From positions 1-61,518 of the forward strand of contig CAORJJ010000001.1 of the NCBI GenBank assembly GCA_948517135.1: DNA of 61,518 nt, in the 5' to 3' direction. This stretch comes from an uncultured Clostridia bacterium (lineage in GTDB: Bacteria; Bacillota; Clostridia; TANB77; CAG-508). The position numbers were made by a program, and so were the translations under genes. The notes under the pieces were generated by a model. The model saw only the letters and a program-made list of their open reading frames with translations. It was not told the origin of the DNA and searched no databases. This document shows positions 21,319 through 33,848 of the stretch, piece after piece; the first letter of the stretch is position 1; every line of letters begins with the position of its first letter.

Positions 21319-22842
21319 GTGATGCCTTTGTTGTCATTTGTAAAAAGTATGTGTTTGCAAGGTCTAGAAGGAGTTTTAATAAATGTAGAAGTTGATATTT
21401 CTTCAGGACTCCCATATTGGGAAATTGTTGGCTTGCCAGATACCAATATACGTGAATCAAAAGACAGAGTAAAAACAGCAATTAAAAATTCAGGAATAGA
21501 ACTATTAAGTAGAAGATATGTTATTAATTTATCTCCAGCAAGTGTTAGAAAAAATGGAGCAAGCTTAGATTTAGCAATAGCCATAGGAATACTAATTTCT
21601 ATGAAAATAATAAAGTGTACAAATTTAAGAGATACAATACTTATAGGTGAGTTATCTTTAAATGGTGATCTAGTAGGAATAAATGGTGTTTTACCTATAT
21701 GTATTGAAGCGCAAAAGTGTGGAATAAAAAGAATAATATTACCCAAAGTAAATGCTAAAGAAGCGTCAGTAGCAGAAGGCGTAGATGTTATAGGTATTAG
21801 AAATTTAAAAGAATTAATAGATTTTTTTAATGGAAAAAAGAAAATACCAGAAGAAAAGTTTGATAGAAATAATATTTTTAAAAGTGTTAATAAATCAAAT
21901 TTAGATTATTGTGATGTCAAGGGGCATGAAATTTCAAAAAGAGTCCTGGAAATAGCTGCTGCTGGTAGTCACAATTGTTTGATGATTGGAAGTCCAGGAT
22001 CTGGAAAAACAATGATGGCAAAAAGATTGCCAAGTATTTTACCAAATTTGAGTTTTGATGAATCTTTAGAAATAACACAAATTCATAGTATAGCAGGAAA
22101 TTTAAAAGATAGAAATATTATTACAGAACGACCATTTAGAGCACCTCATCATACAATTTCAGAAAAATCATTAATTGGTGGAGGAAAAAATCCAAAACCA
22201 GGAGAGGTAAGTTTGGCACATTTAGGAGTGCTATTTTTAGATGAATTATTGGAATTTAATAAAAATATAATAGAAGTTTTGAGGACTCCTATGGAAGATA
22301 AAAAAATTAATATAAATAGATTAGAAAGCAAAGTTACATATCCATGTAATTTTATGACAATTGCAAGTATGAATCCATGTCCATGTGGATATTATGGAAG
22401 TAATATTAAAGAATGTACTTGTACAAATGTGAAAAGAAAAAATTATATTTCAAAATTAAGCAGACCATTACTTGATAGATTTGACTTACATATTCAAGTA
22501 AGTTCAGTTAATTATAATAGATTAAGAGATAAGAAAATTGAGAAATCTCTAGAAATAAGAAATAGAGTAAATAAAGCTAGAACTATTCAAATTAATAGAT
22601 ATACAGAAGATAGAATTTATTTTAATTCAGACTTGACAGCAAACATGATAGAAAAATATTGCAATATAGATGATGATACATTTAATTTATTAAAAGAATA
22701 TTTAGAATGTAAGAAATTATCAACAAGGTCTTATTCGAAAATTTTAAAAGTGTCAAGAACTATTGCTGATTTAGAAAATGAAGAAAACATTAGAAAGGAA
22801 CATGTTTTAGAGGCAATTCAATATAGAATATTAGATAGTTAA
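21319..22842 (+). CDS. comM: YifB/ComM Mg-chelatase-like AAA+ ATPase
   Basis: 507 aa with a Lon-like N-domain, Walker A GSPGSGKT, Walker B LFLDEL and a C-terminal ChlI domain. The true start may be TTG 21328 or 21331 (better spacing from AAGGAG 21314-21319). Confidence 0.9.
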   Translation: MMPLLSFVKSMCLQGLEGVLINVEVDISSGLPYWEIVGLPDTNIRESKDRVKTAIKNSGIELLSRRYVINLSPASVRKNGASLDLAIAIGILISMKIIKCTNLRDTILIGELSLNGDLVGINGVLPICIEAQKCGIKRIILPKVNAKEASVAEGVDVIGIRNLKELIDFFNGKKKIPEEKFDRNNIFKSVNKSNLDYCDVKGHEISKRVLEIAAAGSHNCLMIGSPGSGKTMMAKRLPSILPNLSFDESLEITQIHSIAGNLKDRNIITERPFRAPHHTISEKSLIGGGKNPKPGEVSLAHLGVLFLDELLEFNKNIIEVLRTPMEDKKININRLESKVTYPCNFMTIASMNPCPCGYYGSNIKECTCTNVKRKNYISKLSRPLLDRFDLHIQVSSVNYNRLRDKKIEKSLEIRNRVNKARTIQINRYTEDRIYFNSDLTANMIEKYCNIDDDTFNLLKEYLECKKLSTRSYSKILKVSRTIADLENEENIRKEHVLEAIQYRILDS

Positions 22843-22851
22843 GGAGAGAAA

Positions 22852-23700
22852 ATGAGAATATTAATGTTAAATCAAAAAAATTTTCCAGAAAAGTTAAAAA
22901 AGATTGAAAATGTACCTAAGAGACTATTTTATATAGGAAATATAAATTTATTATATGAAGATTGTTTTGCAATAGTTGGAACAAGAAAAATAACTAAATA
23001 TGGAATTGAAACTTGCAGAAAATTTTCAAAGGAATTTGCATTAAGAGATATACCAGTTGTTAGTGGAATGGCTATTGGTACTGATAGTATAGCACATAAG
23101 AGTGTTTTGAAATATTCAGGTAAAACAATTGCAGTTTTAGGTTGTGGTTTAGAAAGAATATATCCAGAAGAAAATTGCAATTTGTTTAAAGAAATTATAG
23201 AAAAAGGTGGATTAATTTTAAGTGAATATGAAAATGATGTGCAAGCCAATAAAGAGAATTTTCCACTAAGAAATAGAATAGTATCTGCAATTTCAGAAGG
23301 AGTTTTAGTTATAGAAGCAGCACATAGAAGTGGAACTACTATAACCGCAAACTATGCTAATAAACAAGGAAAATTAGTATTTGCTATACCTGGAAATTTG
23401 AATAGTTCTTATAGTAAAGGTGTAAATATTTTAATAAAAAAAGGAGCAATATTAACAACGTGTATTGAAGATATTCTTGTTAATTATCCACAGTTTATGA
23501 ACAAAAAGAGGAAAAAGGAACCTCAAATTAAAATAGAATATAAGCAAATTTGTAAGATATTAGAAAAAGGTGAGTGTAGTTTAGAAAGTTTGCTAAACAA
23601 TACAAATTTAGAAATAAAAGAAATGCTTAATATATTATCAAATATGGAGTTTGAAAATATTATTTTTAAAGAGATGGGAGTTTATAAGTTAAATGAATAG
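22852..23700 (+). CDS. dprA: DNA-processing protein DprA
   Basis: 282 aa with a Rossmann-like DprA core (IVGTRK.T.YG....., VSGMA.G.DS.AH, PGN). Located directly after comM. Confidence 0.88.
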   Translation: MRILMLNQKNFPEKLKKIENVPKRLFYIGNINLLYEDCFAIVGTRKITKYGIETCRKFSKEFALRDIPVVSGMAIGTDSIAHKSVLKYSGKTIAVLGCGLERIYPEENCNLFKEIIEKGGLILSEYENDVQANKENFPLRNRIVSAISEGVLVIEAAHRSGTTITANYANKQGKLVFAIPGNLNSSYSKGVNILIKKGAILTTCIEDILVNYPQFMNKKRKKEPQIKIEYKQICKILEKGECSLESLLNNTNLEIKEMLNILSNMEFENIIFKEMGVYKLNE

Positions 23701-24064
23701 TATTAGTCATAATCAAAAATTTGGAAAAATAGGTGAAGAGGAAGCATGCAAATATTTAAGAAATAGTAATTACAGTATAATAGATAGAAATTATTTTACA
23801 AGATACGGAGAAATAGATATTGTTGCAAAGTCAGATAAAAATGAATATATTTTTATAGAGGTAAAAACAAGACTTTCTTTAAAGTATGGAACACCTGCAA
23901 GTGCTGTAAATCAAAATAAACAAAGACACATTATGAATAGTGCCAAATATTATATATATAAGAACTTTTTGCAAAATAAAAATATTAGATTTGATGTTAT
24001 AGAAGTCTATATAAATAGAAGTAATATTTTGATTAATCATATAGAAAATGCTTTTGCATATTAA
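23693..24064 (+). CDS. yraN: YraN family (UPF0102) endonuclease-like protein
   Basis: 123 aa with GEEEACKYL...GEIDIVA....IFIEVKTR. Overlaps the dprA stop by 8 nt. Confidence 0.85.
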   Translation: MNSISHNQKFGKIGEEEACKYLRNSNYSIIDRNYFTRYGEIDIVAKSDKNEYIFIEVKTRLSLKYGTPASAVNQNKQRHIMNSAKYYIYKNFLQNKNIRFDVIEVYINRSNILINHIENAFAY

Positions 24065-24153
24065 TTTTTTATTAATTATATTATAATGCTTGTCTTATTA
24101 AGTTATTATAGTTATAATAACTTTGTATAATAATATAAAATCAGGAGATTTGT

Positions 24154-25299
24154 ATGAATAAAAAAGAATGGAAAAAGTGGTTATATTGGTTTTCGTTTGC
24201 AATTGCTGTTATTACATTTTTTAAAGTTATAAATAGTGTAACATCAATATTTGGAATATTTGGAAATTTTTTTAGTGTAGTAGCCCCGTTTTTAATGGCA
24301 CTATTATTAGCATATATATTATATATTCCTTGTAAAAAAATAGAGGGGATAGTAAAATCTTCTAAAAATAATTTTATGAGAAATCATTTTAGAGGAATTG
24401 CTGTTTTTATTACATATTTAATAACTTTATTAGCTATATTTATAATAATAAATATAGTTATACCAAATATAATTACAAGTGTAAGAGATTTAATACAAAA
24501 TGTACCAAATTACTATAATAGTACAATAGATTATTTGAATAATGTTGATGAAGAATCGGTATTTTCAAAATTAAATGTTAAAGAGTATGTTGAGCAACTT
24601 CAACAGATAGATATTATAAAAGAAATTGTGAAATGGATAGATTTAGAAAATATAAATTCATATATACAAGGTATTGTAGGTACAACAGGAATTATATTTG
24701 ATGCTTTTGTAACAATAGTAGTATCTGTATATATGTTATTAGAAAGAGATCAAATAAAAGGATTTTTTGCAAAATTATCAGAAGTGATATTTTCTAAGAA
24801 AGTTAATGATTCATTAGTAAAATATTTTAGAAAAACAAACAGTATATTCTTTAGTTATATATCAGGACAAATTATAGATGCAGTAGTTGTTGGTATTATA
24901 ATTGGAATAGCCTTAACTTTAATGAAAGTAAAATATGGAATTCTTTTAGGATTCTTAGTTGGATTATTTAATATAATTCCATATTTTGGTGCTATATTTG
25001 CAGTTGTTTTAACAATAATAATTACAATATTTACAGGTGGTATAACAAAGGCAATTGCTGTTGCTGTTGTAATTATTGTTTTACAACAGATTGATGCAAA
25101 TATAATTAATCCAAAAATATTAGGAACTTCATTAAATTTAAGTCCAATATTAGTAATTTTTTCTGTTACAGTTGGAGGAAGTTATTTTGGAGTTTTAGGA
25201 ATGTTTTTAGGTGTTCCAGCAATCGCGTTTATAAAACTATTAATAACAAATTTTATAGAATATAGAACAAAAATAAAGTTTGAACAAACATTCAAATAA
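24154..25299 (+). CDS. AI-2E family transporter (PerM-like permease)
   Basis: 381 aa with about 8 TM helices and the conserved C-terminal IPYFG and LGVP motifs. Confidence 0.8.
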   Translation: MNKKEWKKWLYWFSFAIAVITFFKVINSVTSIFGIFGNFFSVVAPFLMALLLAYILYIPCKKIEGIVKSSKNNFMRNHFRGIAVFITYLITLLAIFIIINIVIPNIITSVRDLIQNVPNYYNSTIDYLNNVDEESVFSKLNVKEYVEQLQQIDIIKEIVKWIDLENINSYIQGIVGTTGIIFDAFVTIVVSVYMLLERDQIKGFFAKLSEVIFSKKVNDSLVKYFRKTNSIFFSYISGQIIDAVVVGIIIGIALTLMKVKYGILLGFLVGLFNIIPYFGAIFAVVLTIIITIFTGGITKAIAVAVVIIVLQQIDANIINPKILGTSLNLSPILVIFSVTVGGSYFGVLGMFLGVPAIAFIKLLITNFIEYRTKIKFEQTFK

Positions 25300-25309
25300 A
25301 AAATAAGCC

Positions 25310-25912
25310 TTAAGCGTTTTGCTTAGGGCTTATTTTAAAATTATTAACTAAATCGTTTATTATTACATGATTATCATTAAGTGAATTAAGTGGGAATTCA
25401 ACATCTATCACATAATAACCACTTTCTGTTTCAATCCAGAATATTTGTAAATAATATGCACTTTTTTTATTTAAGTAATGAAAGCTGTATGTATAAGCTG
25501 GAAATCCATTTACTACTAATTCTGTAATATTAGATAAATTTGAATAACTTTTGAATTTTGAAATGTAAGAATTTTTATCAGCAGATACTACACTTTCTAA
25601 AGTTTTATTTTCATATAAACTTTTTTTAGAAACAAAAATATTTGTTTTATTGCTTGAACGTAATTCTAAAATATAATCTTGAGCTGGAATATATTCTGTG
25701 AATTCATATTTTTTTGACAGCTCAATATTAATAGAATTATCAGTGCTAGAAAATGTTGAATTAGGTTTAGCGTTTTCTATTTGTTTTTCTTTAATTTCTT
25801 TTCCTGTTTTAGGAACAAAAATTATTAGAAAAATAATTATCAATAAAATTGCTATTACTATTAATATTTTCTTTAAATTAAGTTCTTTGTGAAATTCAAA
25901 TAACTCATTCAT
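25310..25912 (-). CDS. Membrane-anchored hypothetical protein
   Basis: 200 aa with one N-terminal TM helix and native composition. The bidirectional hairpin 25301-25336 overlaps its 3' end. No family recognised. Confidence 0.55.
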   Translation of the reverse strand: MNELFEFHKELNLKKILIVIAILLIIIFLIIFVPKTGKEIKEKQIENAKPNSTFSSTDNSINIELSKKYEFTEYIPAQDYILELRSSNKTNIFVSKKSLYENKTLESVVSADKNSYISKFKSYSNLSNITELVVNGFPAYTYSFHYLNKKSAYYLQIFWIETESGYYVIDVEFPLNSLNDNHVIINDLVNNFKISPKQNA

Positions 25913-26088
25913 ATCAATAATTTTAACTCCGTTTAATTAGTATTTTTATTCATAATTTAATATAACTTATTTTGAATCAAAAAGCAATATTAAAGTTATG
26001 TTACATTTATATAAAATTTTAGTTCTATTTTAAATTTTAAAATATATTTAAAAATACTTATATTTTCAATAAAATCTAAGACAAAAGC

Positions 26089-26117
26089 TTGACTATTTTG
26101 CATATATATTATATAAT
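26089..26117 (+). promoter_or_regulatory. Consensus sigma-A promoter upstream of rpoB
   Basis: TTGACT (26089-26094), 17-nt spacer, TATAAT (26112-26117). This predicts an approx 210-nt leader. Confidence 0.6.
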
Positions 26118-26333
26118 ATTGTAGTGATTTTATGGGATGAGTCCGCCTTATTCCATAAAAATATGTTACGAAACGTTTAATAGGAGGAATTGAGTAAAAG
26201 AGGAACTATTTTAAAAAGTTATTTTTTGGCAGGGATTTCTTTTTAGAACAACAACCTTTTACTGCAAGAAGGACCTATTAAATAAAATATACATTATTAC
26301 CTGCTAAATTTGTTGAGAAGGTGGTATTTTATT

Positions 26334-29300
26334 TTGAAAAAAGTTCAAGTAAAAGACGTTGTACACGAGAAATGTGTTCGTAAAACTTTTTCTAAAATAG
26401 GTGATTTTGTTGAAATACCTAATTTATTAAAAGTTCAAAAAGATTCTTACGACTGGTTTATTAAAGAAGGTTTAGGAGAAGTATTAAAAGATATTTCACC
26501 TATAGCTGACTATTCAGGAAACTTAGTGTTAGAATTTTTTGATTATTACATGGAAGAAAAGACAAAATATTCATTAGAAGAATCAAAAGAAAGAGATGCA
26601 ACTTATTCTACTAGATTACATGTAAAAGTTAGATTAATCAACCGTGAAACAGGAGAAATTAAGGAGCAAGAAATTTACTTAGGAGATTTCCCACTTATGA
26701 CAGATAGCGGAACATTTGTTATAAATGGTGCAGAAAGAGTTGTAGTAAGCCAATTAGTACGTTCTCCAGGATGTTATTATGATTCTACTTATGATAAAGT
26801 AGGTAAAAAATTATACACTGCTACTGTAATGCCAATTAGAGGTGCATGGATTGAATATGAAACAGATAGTAATGATGTATTTTGGGTAAGAATTGATAGA
26901 ACAAGAAAATTACCAGTTACATGCTTATTAAGAGCTTTAGGGTTAGATTCAGATGAAAAAATTATAGATTTTTTCGGTGAAGAAGACAAATTATTAGCAA
27001 CAATAGCTAAAGATCCTATCAAAAATGCTGATGAGGCATTAATTGAAATATATATAAAGTTAAGACCAGGAGAACTTCCAACAGTTGATGCTGCTAGAAA
27101 TTTATTTGATGGTTTATTCTTTGATAGTAGACGTTATGATTTAGCTAAAGTTGGTAGATATAAATATAATAAAAAATTAGGTTTAGCTTCAAGAATAGTT
27201 AATCATATTGCATATGAAGCAATTGTTAATCCAGAAACAGGAGAAGTTTTAGTAGAAAAAGATGAAGTTATTTCAAAAGAAACTGCTAAAGAAATCCAAG
27301 ATAGTGGAATAAACGTTGTATATGTAAATATAGAAGGTAAAAAAGCTAAAGTTATTGGAAATGGAACAGTAGATATTAGAGCATTTGTAGATCCACAAAT
27401 AGCTGAAGACTTAAAAATAAAAGTTGATGTTAATTATGTTGCATTACAACATATATTAGAAATGTCAAAAAATGATAAAGAATTAAGAAAAAACATAGAA
27501 GAAGCTATGGAACAATTAATTCCAAAACATGTTACAACAGAAGATATCTTAGCTTCTGTAAATTACTTATTAAATTTAGATTATAATGTTTTAATTACAG
27601 AACCTTCTAAACCAAGACTTGGAAGAGTAGATGATATAGATCATTTAGGAAACAGACGTATTAGATGTGTTGGTGAATTATTACAAAATCAATTTAGAAT
27701 TGGTTTAACAAGACTTGAAAGAGTTGTTCGTGAAAGAATGACATTACAAGACTTAGATGTTGTAACACCACAAAGTTTAATTAACACAAAACCAATTACA
27801 TCATCTATTAGAGAATTCTTCGGAAGTTCTCAATTATCACAATTTATGGATCAAACTAACCCATTATCAGAATTAACTCATAAGAGAAGAATTTCTGCAT
27901 TAGGACCTGGTGGTTTATCTAGAGAAAGAGCTGGTTTCGAAGTTCGTGATATTCACTATACTCATTATGGTAGATTATGTCCAATTGAATCTCCAGAAGG
28001 ACCAAACATTGGATTAATCTCAGCATTATCAACATTTGCTATTATTAATGAATATGGATTTATTGAAACACCATATAGAAAAATAAATAAAGAAACATGT
28101 CAAGTTACTGATGAAGTTGAATATATGACTGCTGATGAAGAAGATCAATATATTATTTGTCAAGCATCAGAACCACTTGATGAAAATAATTGTTTAGTAA
28201 ATAAAAGAGTTAGAGTTAGAGATCGTGCAGAAATAAAAGAAATTGAAAAATCAAAAGTTGATTATATAGATGTTTCACCAAAACAATTAGTTTCAGTTGG
28301 TGCAGCTATGATTCCTTTCTTAGAGCATGATGATGCTAACCGTGCATTAATGGGATCAAACATGCAACGTCAAGCAGTTCCATTAATGATTACAGATTCA
28401 CCAATGGTTGGAACAGGTATCGAATATAAAGCTGCTAAAGACTCAGGAGTTATGATTTTAGCTGATGAAAATGGTACAGTAGAAACTGTTGAAGGTGATA
28501 AAATTGTTATTAAAAATGAATTAGGAAAAAATAAAACTTATTATTTAAGAAAATTTAAAAGAACAAATGGTAGTACATGTATTAACCAAAGACCAATTGT
28601 TAAAGAAGGAGAAGCTATTAAACGTGGAGACGTTATAGCAGATGGACCTGCAACGCAAAAAGGTGAGATGGCTTTAGGTAAAAACTTACTTATTGCTTTT
28701 ACAACTTGGGAAGGTTATAACTACGAGGATGCTATTCTTTTAAATGAAAGATTAGTTAAAGAAGATGTTTTAACATCAATGCATATTGAAGATTATGATT
28801 GCGAATGTCGTGATACAAAATTAGGACCAGAAGAAATTACTAGAGATATCCCAAATGTTGGGGAAGATTCTCTTCGTGACTTAGATGATAATGGTATTAT
28901 CAGAATTGGTGCTGAAGTTAAACCAGGAGATATATTAGTTGGTAAAGTTACACCAAAAGGTGAAACAGAATTAACAGCAGAAGAAAGATTATTAAGAGCT
29001 ATCTTTGGTGAAAAAGCTAGAGAAGTTAGAGATACATCTTTAAGAGTACCTCATGGAGAAGCTGGAACAATAGTTGATGTTAAAGTATTTACTAGAGAAA
29101 ATTCAGATGAATTAGCTCCTGGAGTAAATCAAGTAATTAGAATTTATATAGCTCAAAAAAGAAAAATATCTGTTGGAGATAAAATGGCTGGACGTCATGG
29201 TAATAAAGGTGTTATTTCAAGAATATTACCAGAAGAAGATATGCCATTCTTACCAGATGGAACACCAGTAGATGTTGTATTAAATCCACTAGGTGTACCT

Positions 29301-30068
29301 TCTCGTATGAACTTAGGACAGGTGCTTGAAGTTCACTTAGGTGCTGCTGCAAGATTATTAGGATGGAAAATGGCTACACCAGTATTTGATGGTGCAACAG
29401 AAGAAGACATTGAAACAATGCTTGAAACAGCAGGACTTGAAACAAATGGTAAATCAGTTTTATATGATGGTAGAACTGGAGAGCCTTTTGATCATCCAAT
29501 TACAGTTGGTGTAATGTACATGTTAAAACTTCACCACTTAGTTGATGATAAAATACATGCTCGTTCAACTGGACCATACTCACTTGTTACACAACAACCT
29601 CTTGGTGGTAAAGCTCAATTTGGTGGACAAAGATTTGGAGAGATGGAAGTTTGGGCATTAGAAGCTTATGGTGCTGCATATACATTACAAGAAATCTTAA
29701 CAATGAAATCAGATGATGTTGTTGGTAGGGTTAAAACATATGAAGCAATTGTTAAAGGTGAAAATATTCCTGAACCAGGAATTCCAGAGTCATTTAAAGT
29801 TTTAATAAAAGAATTACAATCATTAGGACTTGATATTAAACTTTATACTGAAACTGATGAAGAAATTGAAATCAAAGAACATACTGAAGAGGGTATGGAT
29901 GGAGTTGAAGAAAGACTTGATGAAAGTGAACTTGAAGAAGAAAATTTAACAGAAGTTAGTGAAGACGAACTTGAAGAAACTGAGGAAGAAGATGGAGATG
30001 AATTCTTTACTAATATATTAGATGAAGATGAGATTCAGATGATGAAGATTAAATATAGTAAATTTTAA
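26334..30068 (+). CDS. rpoB: DNA-directed RNA polymerase subunit beta
   Basis: Unmistakable RpoB sequence (FSKI....PNLL..Q..S...[27 protein letters not shown]) with an acidic C-terminal tail. Start set to TTG 26334, about 8 nt after GAAGGTGG, rather than the 26310 start in the track. Confidence 0.97.
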   Translation: MKKVQVKDVVHEKCVRKTFSKIGDFVEIPNLLKVQKDSYDWFIKEGLGEVLKDISPIADYSGNLVLEFFDYYMEEKTKYSLEESKERDATYSTRLHVKVRLINRETGEIKEQEIYLGDFPLMTDSGTFVINGAERVVVSQLVRSPGCYYDSTYDKVGKKLYTATVMPIRGAWIEYETDSNDVFWVRIDRTRKLPVTCLLRALGLDSDEKIIDFFGEEDKLLATIAKDPIKNADEALIEIYIKLRPGELPTVDAARNLFDGLFFDSRRYDLAKVGRYKYNKKLGLASRIVNHIAYEAIVNPETGEVLVEKDEVISKETAKEIQDSGINVVYVNIEGKKAKVIGNGTVDIRAFVDPQIAEDLKIKVDVNYVALQHILEMSKNDKELRKNIEEAMEQLIPKHVTTEDILASVNYLLNLDYNVLITEPSKPRLGRVDDIDHLGNRRIRCVGELLQNQFRIGLTRLERVVRERMTLQDLDVVTPQSLINTKPITSSIREFFGSSQLSQFMDQTNPLSELTHKRRISALGPGGLSRERAGFEVRDIHYTHYGRLCPIESPEGPNIGLISALSTFAIINEYGFIETPYRKINKETCQVTDEVEYMTADEEDQYIICQASEPLDENNCLVNKRVRVRDRAEIKEIEKSKVDYIDVSPKQLVSVGAAMIPFLEHDDANRALMGSNMQRQAVPLMITDSPMVGTGIEYKAAKDSGVMILADENGTVETVEGDKIVIKNELGKNKTYYLRKFKRTNGSTCINQRPIVKEGEAIKRGDVIADGPATQKGEMALGKNLLIAFTTWEGYNYEDAILLNERLVKEDVLTSMHIEDYDCECRDTKLGPEEITRDIPNVGEDSLRDLDDNGIIRIGAEVKPGDILVGKVTPKGETELTAEERLLRAIFGEKAREVRDTSLRVPHGEAGTIVDVKVFTRENSDELAPGVNQVIRIYIAQKRKISVGDKMAGRHGNKGVISRILPEEDMPFLPDGTPVDVVLNPLGVPSRMNLGQVLEVHLGAAARLLGWKMATPVFDGATEEDIETMLETAGLETNGKSVLYDGRTGEPFDHPITVGVMYMLKLHHLVDDKIHARSTGPYSLVTQQPLGGKAQFGGQRFGEMEVWALEAYGAAYTLQEILTMKSDDVVGRVKTYEAIVKGENIPEPGIPESFKVLIKELQSLGLDIKLYTETDEEIEIKEHTEEGMDGVEERLDESELEEENLTEVSEDELEETEEEDGDEFFTNILDEDEIQMMKIKYSKF

Positions 30069-30108
30069 TAAAATATCTTTAAGATAATAAACAAAAATTA
30101 AATATTTT

Positions 30109-30175
30109 ATTCCAAACAAAATTCAAATACTTCAAGAAGATGTACAGCAGTGTATATTTGAATTTTCTTTGGAAT
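30109..30175 (+). other. Long imperfect hairpin in the rpoB-rpoC spacer
   Basis: ATTCCAAACAAAATTCAAATA (30109-30129) pairs with TATTTGAATTTTCTTTGGAAT (30155-30175). This is 21 bp with 1 mismatch and a 25-nt loop. No U-run follows. Confidence 0.7.
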
Positions 30176-30237
30176 ATTGGTAAATTATTTGATTTGCCAC
30201 CTAGATAAATAAAAAAATTAAGGGGGCTACTTTAAAA

Positions 30238-33200
30238 GTGGAAGAATTAGAAGTTTTTAATAAGTTAAAAATCGGATTAGCTTCAGATGAGAAAATAAGA
30301 GAATGGTCTCATGGTGAAGTAAAAAAACCAGAAACAATTAACTATAGAACTTTAAAACCAGAAAAAGATGGTTTATTTTGTGAAAAAATATTTGGTCCAA
30401 CAAAAGACTGGGAATGTCACTGTGGAAAATATAAAAGAGTAAGATATAAAGGTATAGTTTGTGATAGATGTGGTGTTGAAGTTACTACTGCTAAAGTAAG
30501 AAGAGAGAGAATGGGTCACATTGAACTTGCAGCTCCAATTGCTCATATATGGTATTTTAAAGGTATACCAAGTAGAATTGGATTATTATTAGATATCTCA
30601 CCAAGAAGTTTAGAGAAAGTTATATATTTTGCATCATACATAGTCACAGATAAAGGAACATCTGGATTATTAAAATGCCAAGTTTTAACAGAAAAAGAAT
30701 ATGTTGAGGCTGAAGAAAAATATGGTAGAGGTTCTTTTAAAGCTGAAATGGGTGCTGAAGCTATTAAGAAATTATTAGCTGAAGTTGATATTGATAAATT
30801 AGCAGAATCTTTAAAGAAAGAATTAGCTAAAGCTAGTGAGCAAAAGAAAGCTAAATTAATTAAAAGATTAGATACAGTAGAATCATTTAGATCATCTCAA
30901 AACAAACCAGAATGGATGATAATGAGTGTTATTCCTGTTATTCCACCAGAATTAAGACCTATGGTTCAATTAGATGGTGGTAGATTTGCTACATCTGACT
31001 TAAATGATTTATATAGAAGAGTTATAAACAGAAATAACAGATTAAAAAGATTATTAGAACTTGGAGCACCAGAAATAATCGTAAGAAATGAAAAAAGAAT
31101 GCTTCAAGAATCAGTAGATGCTTTAATAGATAATGGTAGAAGAGGAAGACCAGTTACAGGTGCTGGAAATAGACCTTTAAAATCATTATCAGATATGCTA
31201 AAAGGAAAACAAGGTAGATTCCGTCAAAACCTTTTAGGAAAGAGAGTTGACTACTCTGGACGTTCAGTTATCGTTGTTGGTCCAGAATTAAAAATCTATC
31301 AATGTGGTCTTCCAAAAGAAATGGCTGTTGAGTTATTCAAACCATTTGTTATGAAAGAATTAGTTGGTAGAGGAATTGCACATAATATTAAAAATGCAAA
31401 GAGAATGGTTGAAAAATTAAGACCAGAAGTATGGGATATATTAGAAGAGGTTATTCAAGATCATCCTGTAATGTTAAACCGTGCTCCTACTTTACACAGA
31501 TTAGGTATTCAAGCATTCCAACCAATACTTGTTGAAGGTAGAGCAATCAAACTTCATCCATTAGTTTGTACAGCATTTAATGCTGACTTTGATGGTGACC
31601 AAATGGCTGTTCACGTTCCTTTAACACCAGAAGCAATTGCAGAGGCAAGATATTTAATGCTTTCTACAAATAACTTACTTAAACCACAAGATGGTAAACC
31701 AGTTACAGTACCTACACAAGATATGATTTTAGGTGCTTACTATTTAACTGTTCAAATTGATGGTGAAAAAGGTGAAGGAATGTTCTTCAAAGATGAAGAA
31801 GAAGCATTAATGGCTTATCAAAATGGAGATGTTGGCTTACATTGTAAAGTAAAAGTTAGAAGATTTAAAATAGATGAAGATGGAACTGTAAGACATAAAA
31901 CAATTGAAACAACAATTGGTAGATTAATATATAATCAAGGAATTCCACAAGATTTAGGATTTGTTGATAGAACAGATCCTGAAAAAGAATTTGAGTTAGA
32001 AATTGATTTTCCAGTTATCAAAAAGAATTTAGGAAAAATTGTTGCAAATTGTATAAATGTTCATGGTTTATCTAAGAGTGCTGAAGTTTTAGATTATATT
32101 AAAGCTACTGGTTATAAATATTCAACAAGAGGAGCTATAACTGTTTCTGTTGCTGATGTTGCTGTACCTGAAGCAAAAAAAGAAATCTTAACAAAAGCAG
32201 ATGATGATGTTACAAATATATTCAAACAATATCAACGTGGTATGATTACTAACGAGGAAAGATATAATGCTATTATTAAAGTGTGGGAAAAAGCTACTGA
32301 CGATGTAACAGAAGCAATGAAAAACAATTTTGATGAATTAAATCCAATCTATATGATGGCTCAATCTGGAGCTCGTGGTAACATGAACCAATTAAGACAA
32401 ATTGCAGGTATGCGTGGACTTATGGCTGATACATCTGGTAAAGCTGTTGAAATTCCAGTAAAATCTTGTTTCCGTGAAGGATTAGATTCACTAGAATACT
32501 TTATTTCAGCCCACGGTGCTAGAAAAGGTTTAACAGATACAGCTTTAAGAACAGCAGACTCTGGATATTTAACAAGAAGATTAGTTGACGTATCTCAAGA
32601 CATCATTATCAGAGAAGATGATTGCGGTGCAACAAGAGGTATTGTTGTTGAAGATATTAAAGATGGAAATCAAGTAATTGAGCCATTAGAAGAAAGATTA
32701 GTTGGTAGATATCCATTAGAAGATATTAAGAATCCAGAAACTGGAGACTTAATAGTAGATACTAATACAATGATTTCTGATAACATGGCTAAACAAATAG
32801 TTAAAGCAGGAATCACTAAAGTTAAAGTTCGTTCTATACTAGAATGTAGAGCAAGACATGGTGCTTGTGCTAAATGCTATGGTATGGGATTAGCTACTCG
32901 TGAAAGAGTAAATGAAGGAGAATCAGTAGGTATTATTGCTGCACAATCAATTGGTGAGCCTGGTACACAGCTTACAATGAGAACATTCCATACTGGTGGT
33001 GTTGCTGGTGGAGATATCACACAAGGTCTTCCTAGAGTTGAAGAATTATTTGAAGCTAGAACTCCAAAAGGAATGGCAATCATTTCTGAAATTGCTGGTA
33101 AAGTTAAAATTAACGATGAGAAAAAGAGAAAAGAAGTTATTGTTACAAGTAATGATGATTCAAAAACATATACAATTAGCTTTGGTTCTAAATTAAGAGT

Positions 33201-33786
33201 TAAAGAGGGAGATGAAATTCAAGCTGGTGATCAAATTACAGAAGGGTCTGTAAACCCAGCAGATTTACTTGCAATTAAAGGTGTTGAAGGTGTTTACACA
33301 TATGTAATAGCTGAAGTTCAAAAAGTTTATAGAAACCAAGGTGTTGATATTAACGACAAACATATTGAAGTTATTACAAGACAAATGCTTAAAAAAGTTA
33401 GAATTGAAGAACCAGGTGATTCTGAATTCTATACAGCTTCACTTGTTGATTTATTAGAAGTTGAAAGAAGAAATGAAGAATTAATAGCAGAAGGAAAAAC
33501 TCCTGCAACATATAGAAGAACTTTATTAGGTATTACAAAAGCATCTCTTGCAACAGAAAGTTTCTTATCAGCAGCATCATTCCAAGAAACAACAAAAGTA
33601 TTAACAGAAGCTGCTATAAAAGGTAAAGTTGATAACTTAATGGGATTAAAAGAAAATGTTATCATTGGTAAATTAATTCCAACAGGAACAGGTTTAAGAC
33701 GTTATCAAGATATAAGAATTAGTACAGAAAATGAGAAAAAACCAGTTGAAGTAGATGTTGATACAGAAATAGAAAATCAAGAATAA
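30238..33786 (+). CDS. rpoC: DNA-directed RNA polymerase subunit beta'
   Basis: 1182 aa with the Zn-finger CHCGKYK...CDRCGVEV and the catalytic [15 protein letters not shown] start after AAGGGGG. Confidence 0.97.
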   Translation: MEELEVFNKLKIGLASDEKIREWSHGEVKKPETINYRTLKPEKDGLFCEKIFGPTKDWECHCGKYKRVRYKGIVCDRCGVEVTTAKVRRERMGHIELAAPIAHIWYFKGIPSRIGLLLDISPRSLEKVIYFASYIVTDKGTSGLLKCQVLTEKEYVEAEEKYGRGSFKAEMGAEAIKKLLAEVDIDKLAESLKKELAKASEQKKAKLIKRLDTVESFRSSQNKPEWMIMSVIPVIPPELRPMVQLDGGRFATSDLNDLYRRVINRNNRLKRLLELGAPEIIVRNEKRMLQESVDALIDNGRRGRPVTGAGNRPLKSLSDMLKGKQGRFRQNLLGKRVDYSGRSVIVVGPELKIYQCGLPKEMAVELFKPFVMKELVGRGIAHNIKNAKRMVEKLRPEVWDILEEVIQDHPVMLNRAPTLHRLGIQAFQPILVEGRAIKLHPLVCTAFNADFDGDQMAVHVPLTPEAIAEARYLMLSTNNLLKPQDGKPVTVPTQDMILGAYYLTVQIDGEKGEGMFFKDEEEALMAYQNGDVGLHCKVKVRRFKIDEDGTVRHKTIETTIGRLIYNQGIPQDLGFVDRTDPEKEFELEIDFPVIKKNLGKIVANCINVHGLSKSAEVLDYIKATGYKYSTRGAITVSVADVAVPEAKKEILTKADDDVTNIFKQYQRGMITNEERYNAIIKVWEKATDDVTEAMKNNFDELNPIYMMAQSGARGNMNQLRQIAGMRGLMADTSGKAVEIPVKSCFREGLDSLEYFISAHGARKGLTDTALRTADSGYLTRRLVDVSQDIIIREDDCGATRGIVVEDIKDGNQVIEPLEERLVGRYPLEDIKNPETGDLIVDTNTMISDNMAKQIVKAGITKVKVRSILECRARHGACAKCYGMGLATRERVNEGESVGIIAAQSIGEPGTQLTMRTFHTGGVAGGDITQGLPRVEELFEARTPKGMAIISEIAGKVKINDEKKRKEVIVTSNDDSKTYTISFGSKLRVKEGDEIQAGDQITEGSVNPADLLAIKGVEGVYTYVIAEVQKVYRNQGVDINDKHIEVITRQMLKKVRIEEPGDSEFYTASLVDLLEVERRNEELIAEGKTPATYRRTLLGITKASLATESFLSAASFQETTKVLTEAAIKGKVDNLMGLKENVIIGKLIPTGTGLRRYQDIRISTENEKKPVEVDVDTEIENQE

Positions 33787-33794
33787 TAAAAGAG

Positions 33795-33825
33795 GAATAG
33801 CCTAATTATTTAGGCTATTCTTTTT
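33795..33825 (+). terminator. Rho-independent terminator after rpoC
   Basis: Perfect 11-bp stem GAATAGCCTAA (33795-33805) / TTAGGCTATTC (33810-33820) followed by TTTTT. Confidence 0.9.
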
Positions 33826-33848
33826 ATAGTTATAAAAGGAGAGCTCAC

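Noticed and set aside
26190-26246. 18-codon leader peptide (TTG AGT AAA ... TAG) in the rpoB leader after AGGAGG.
   Set aside because: The SD-to-start spacing is only 2 nt, the start is a weak TTG, and there is no attenuator-like alternative structure.
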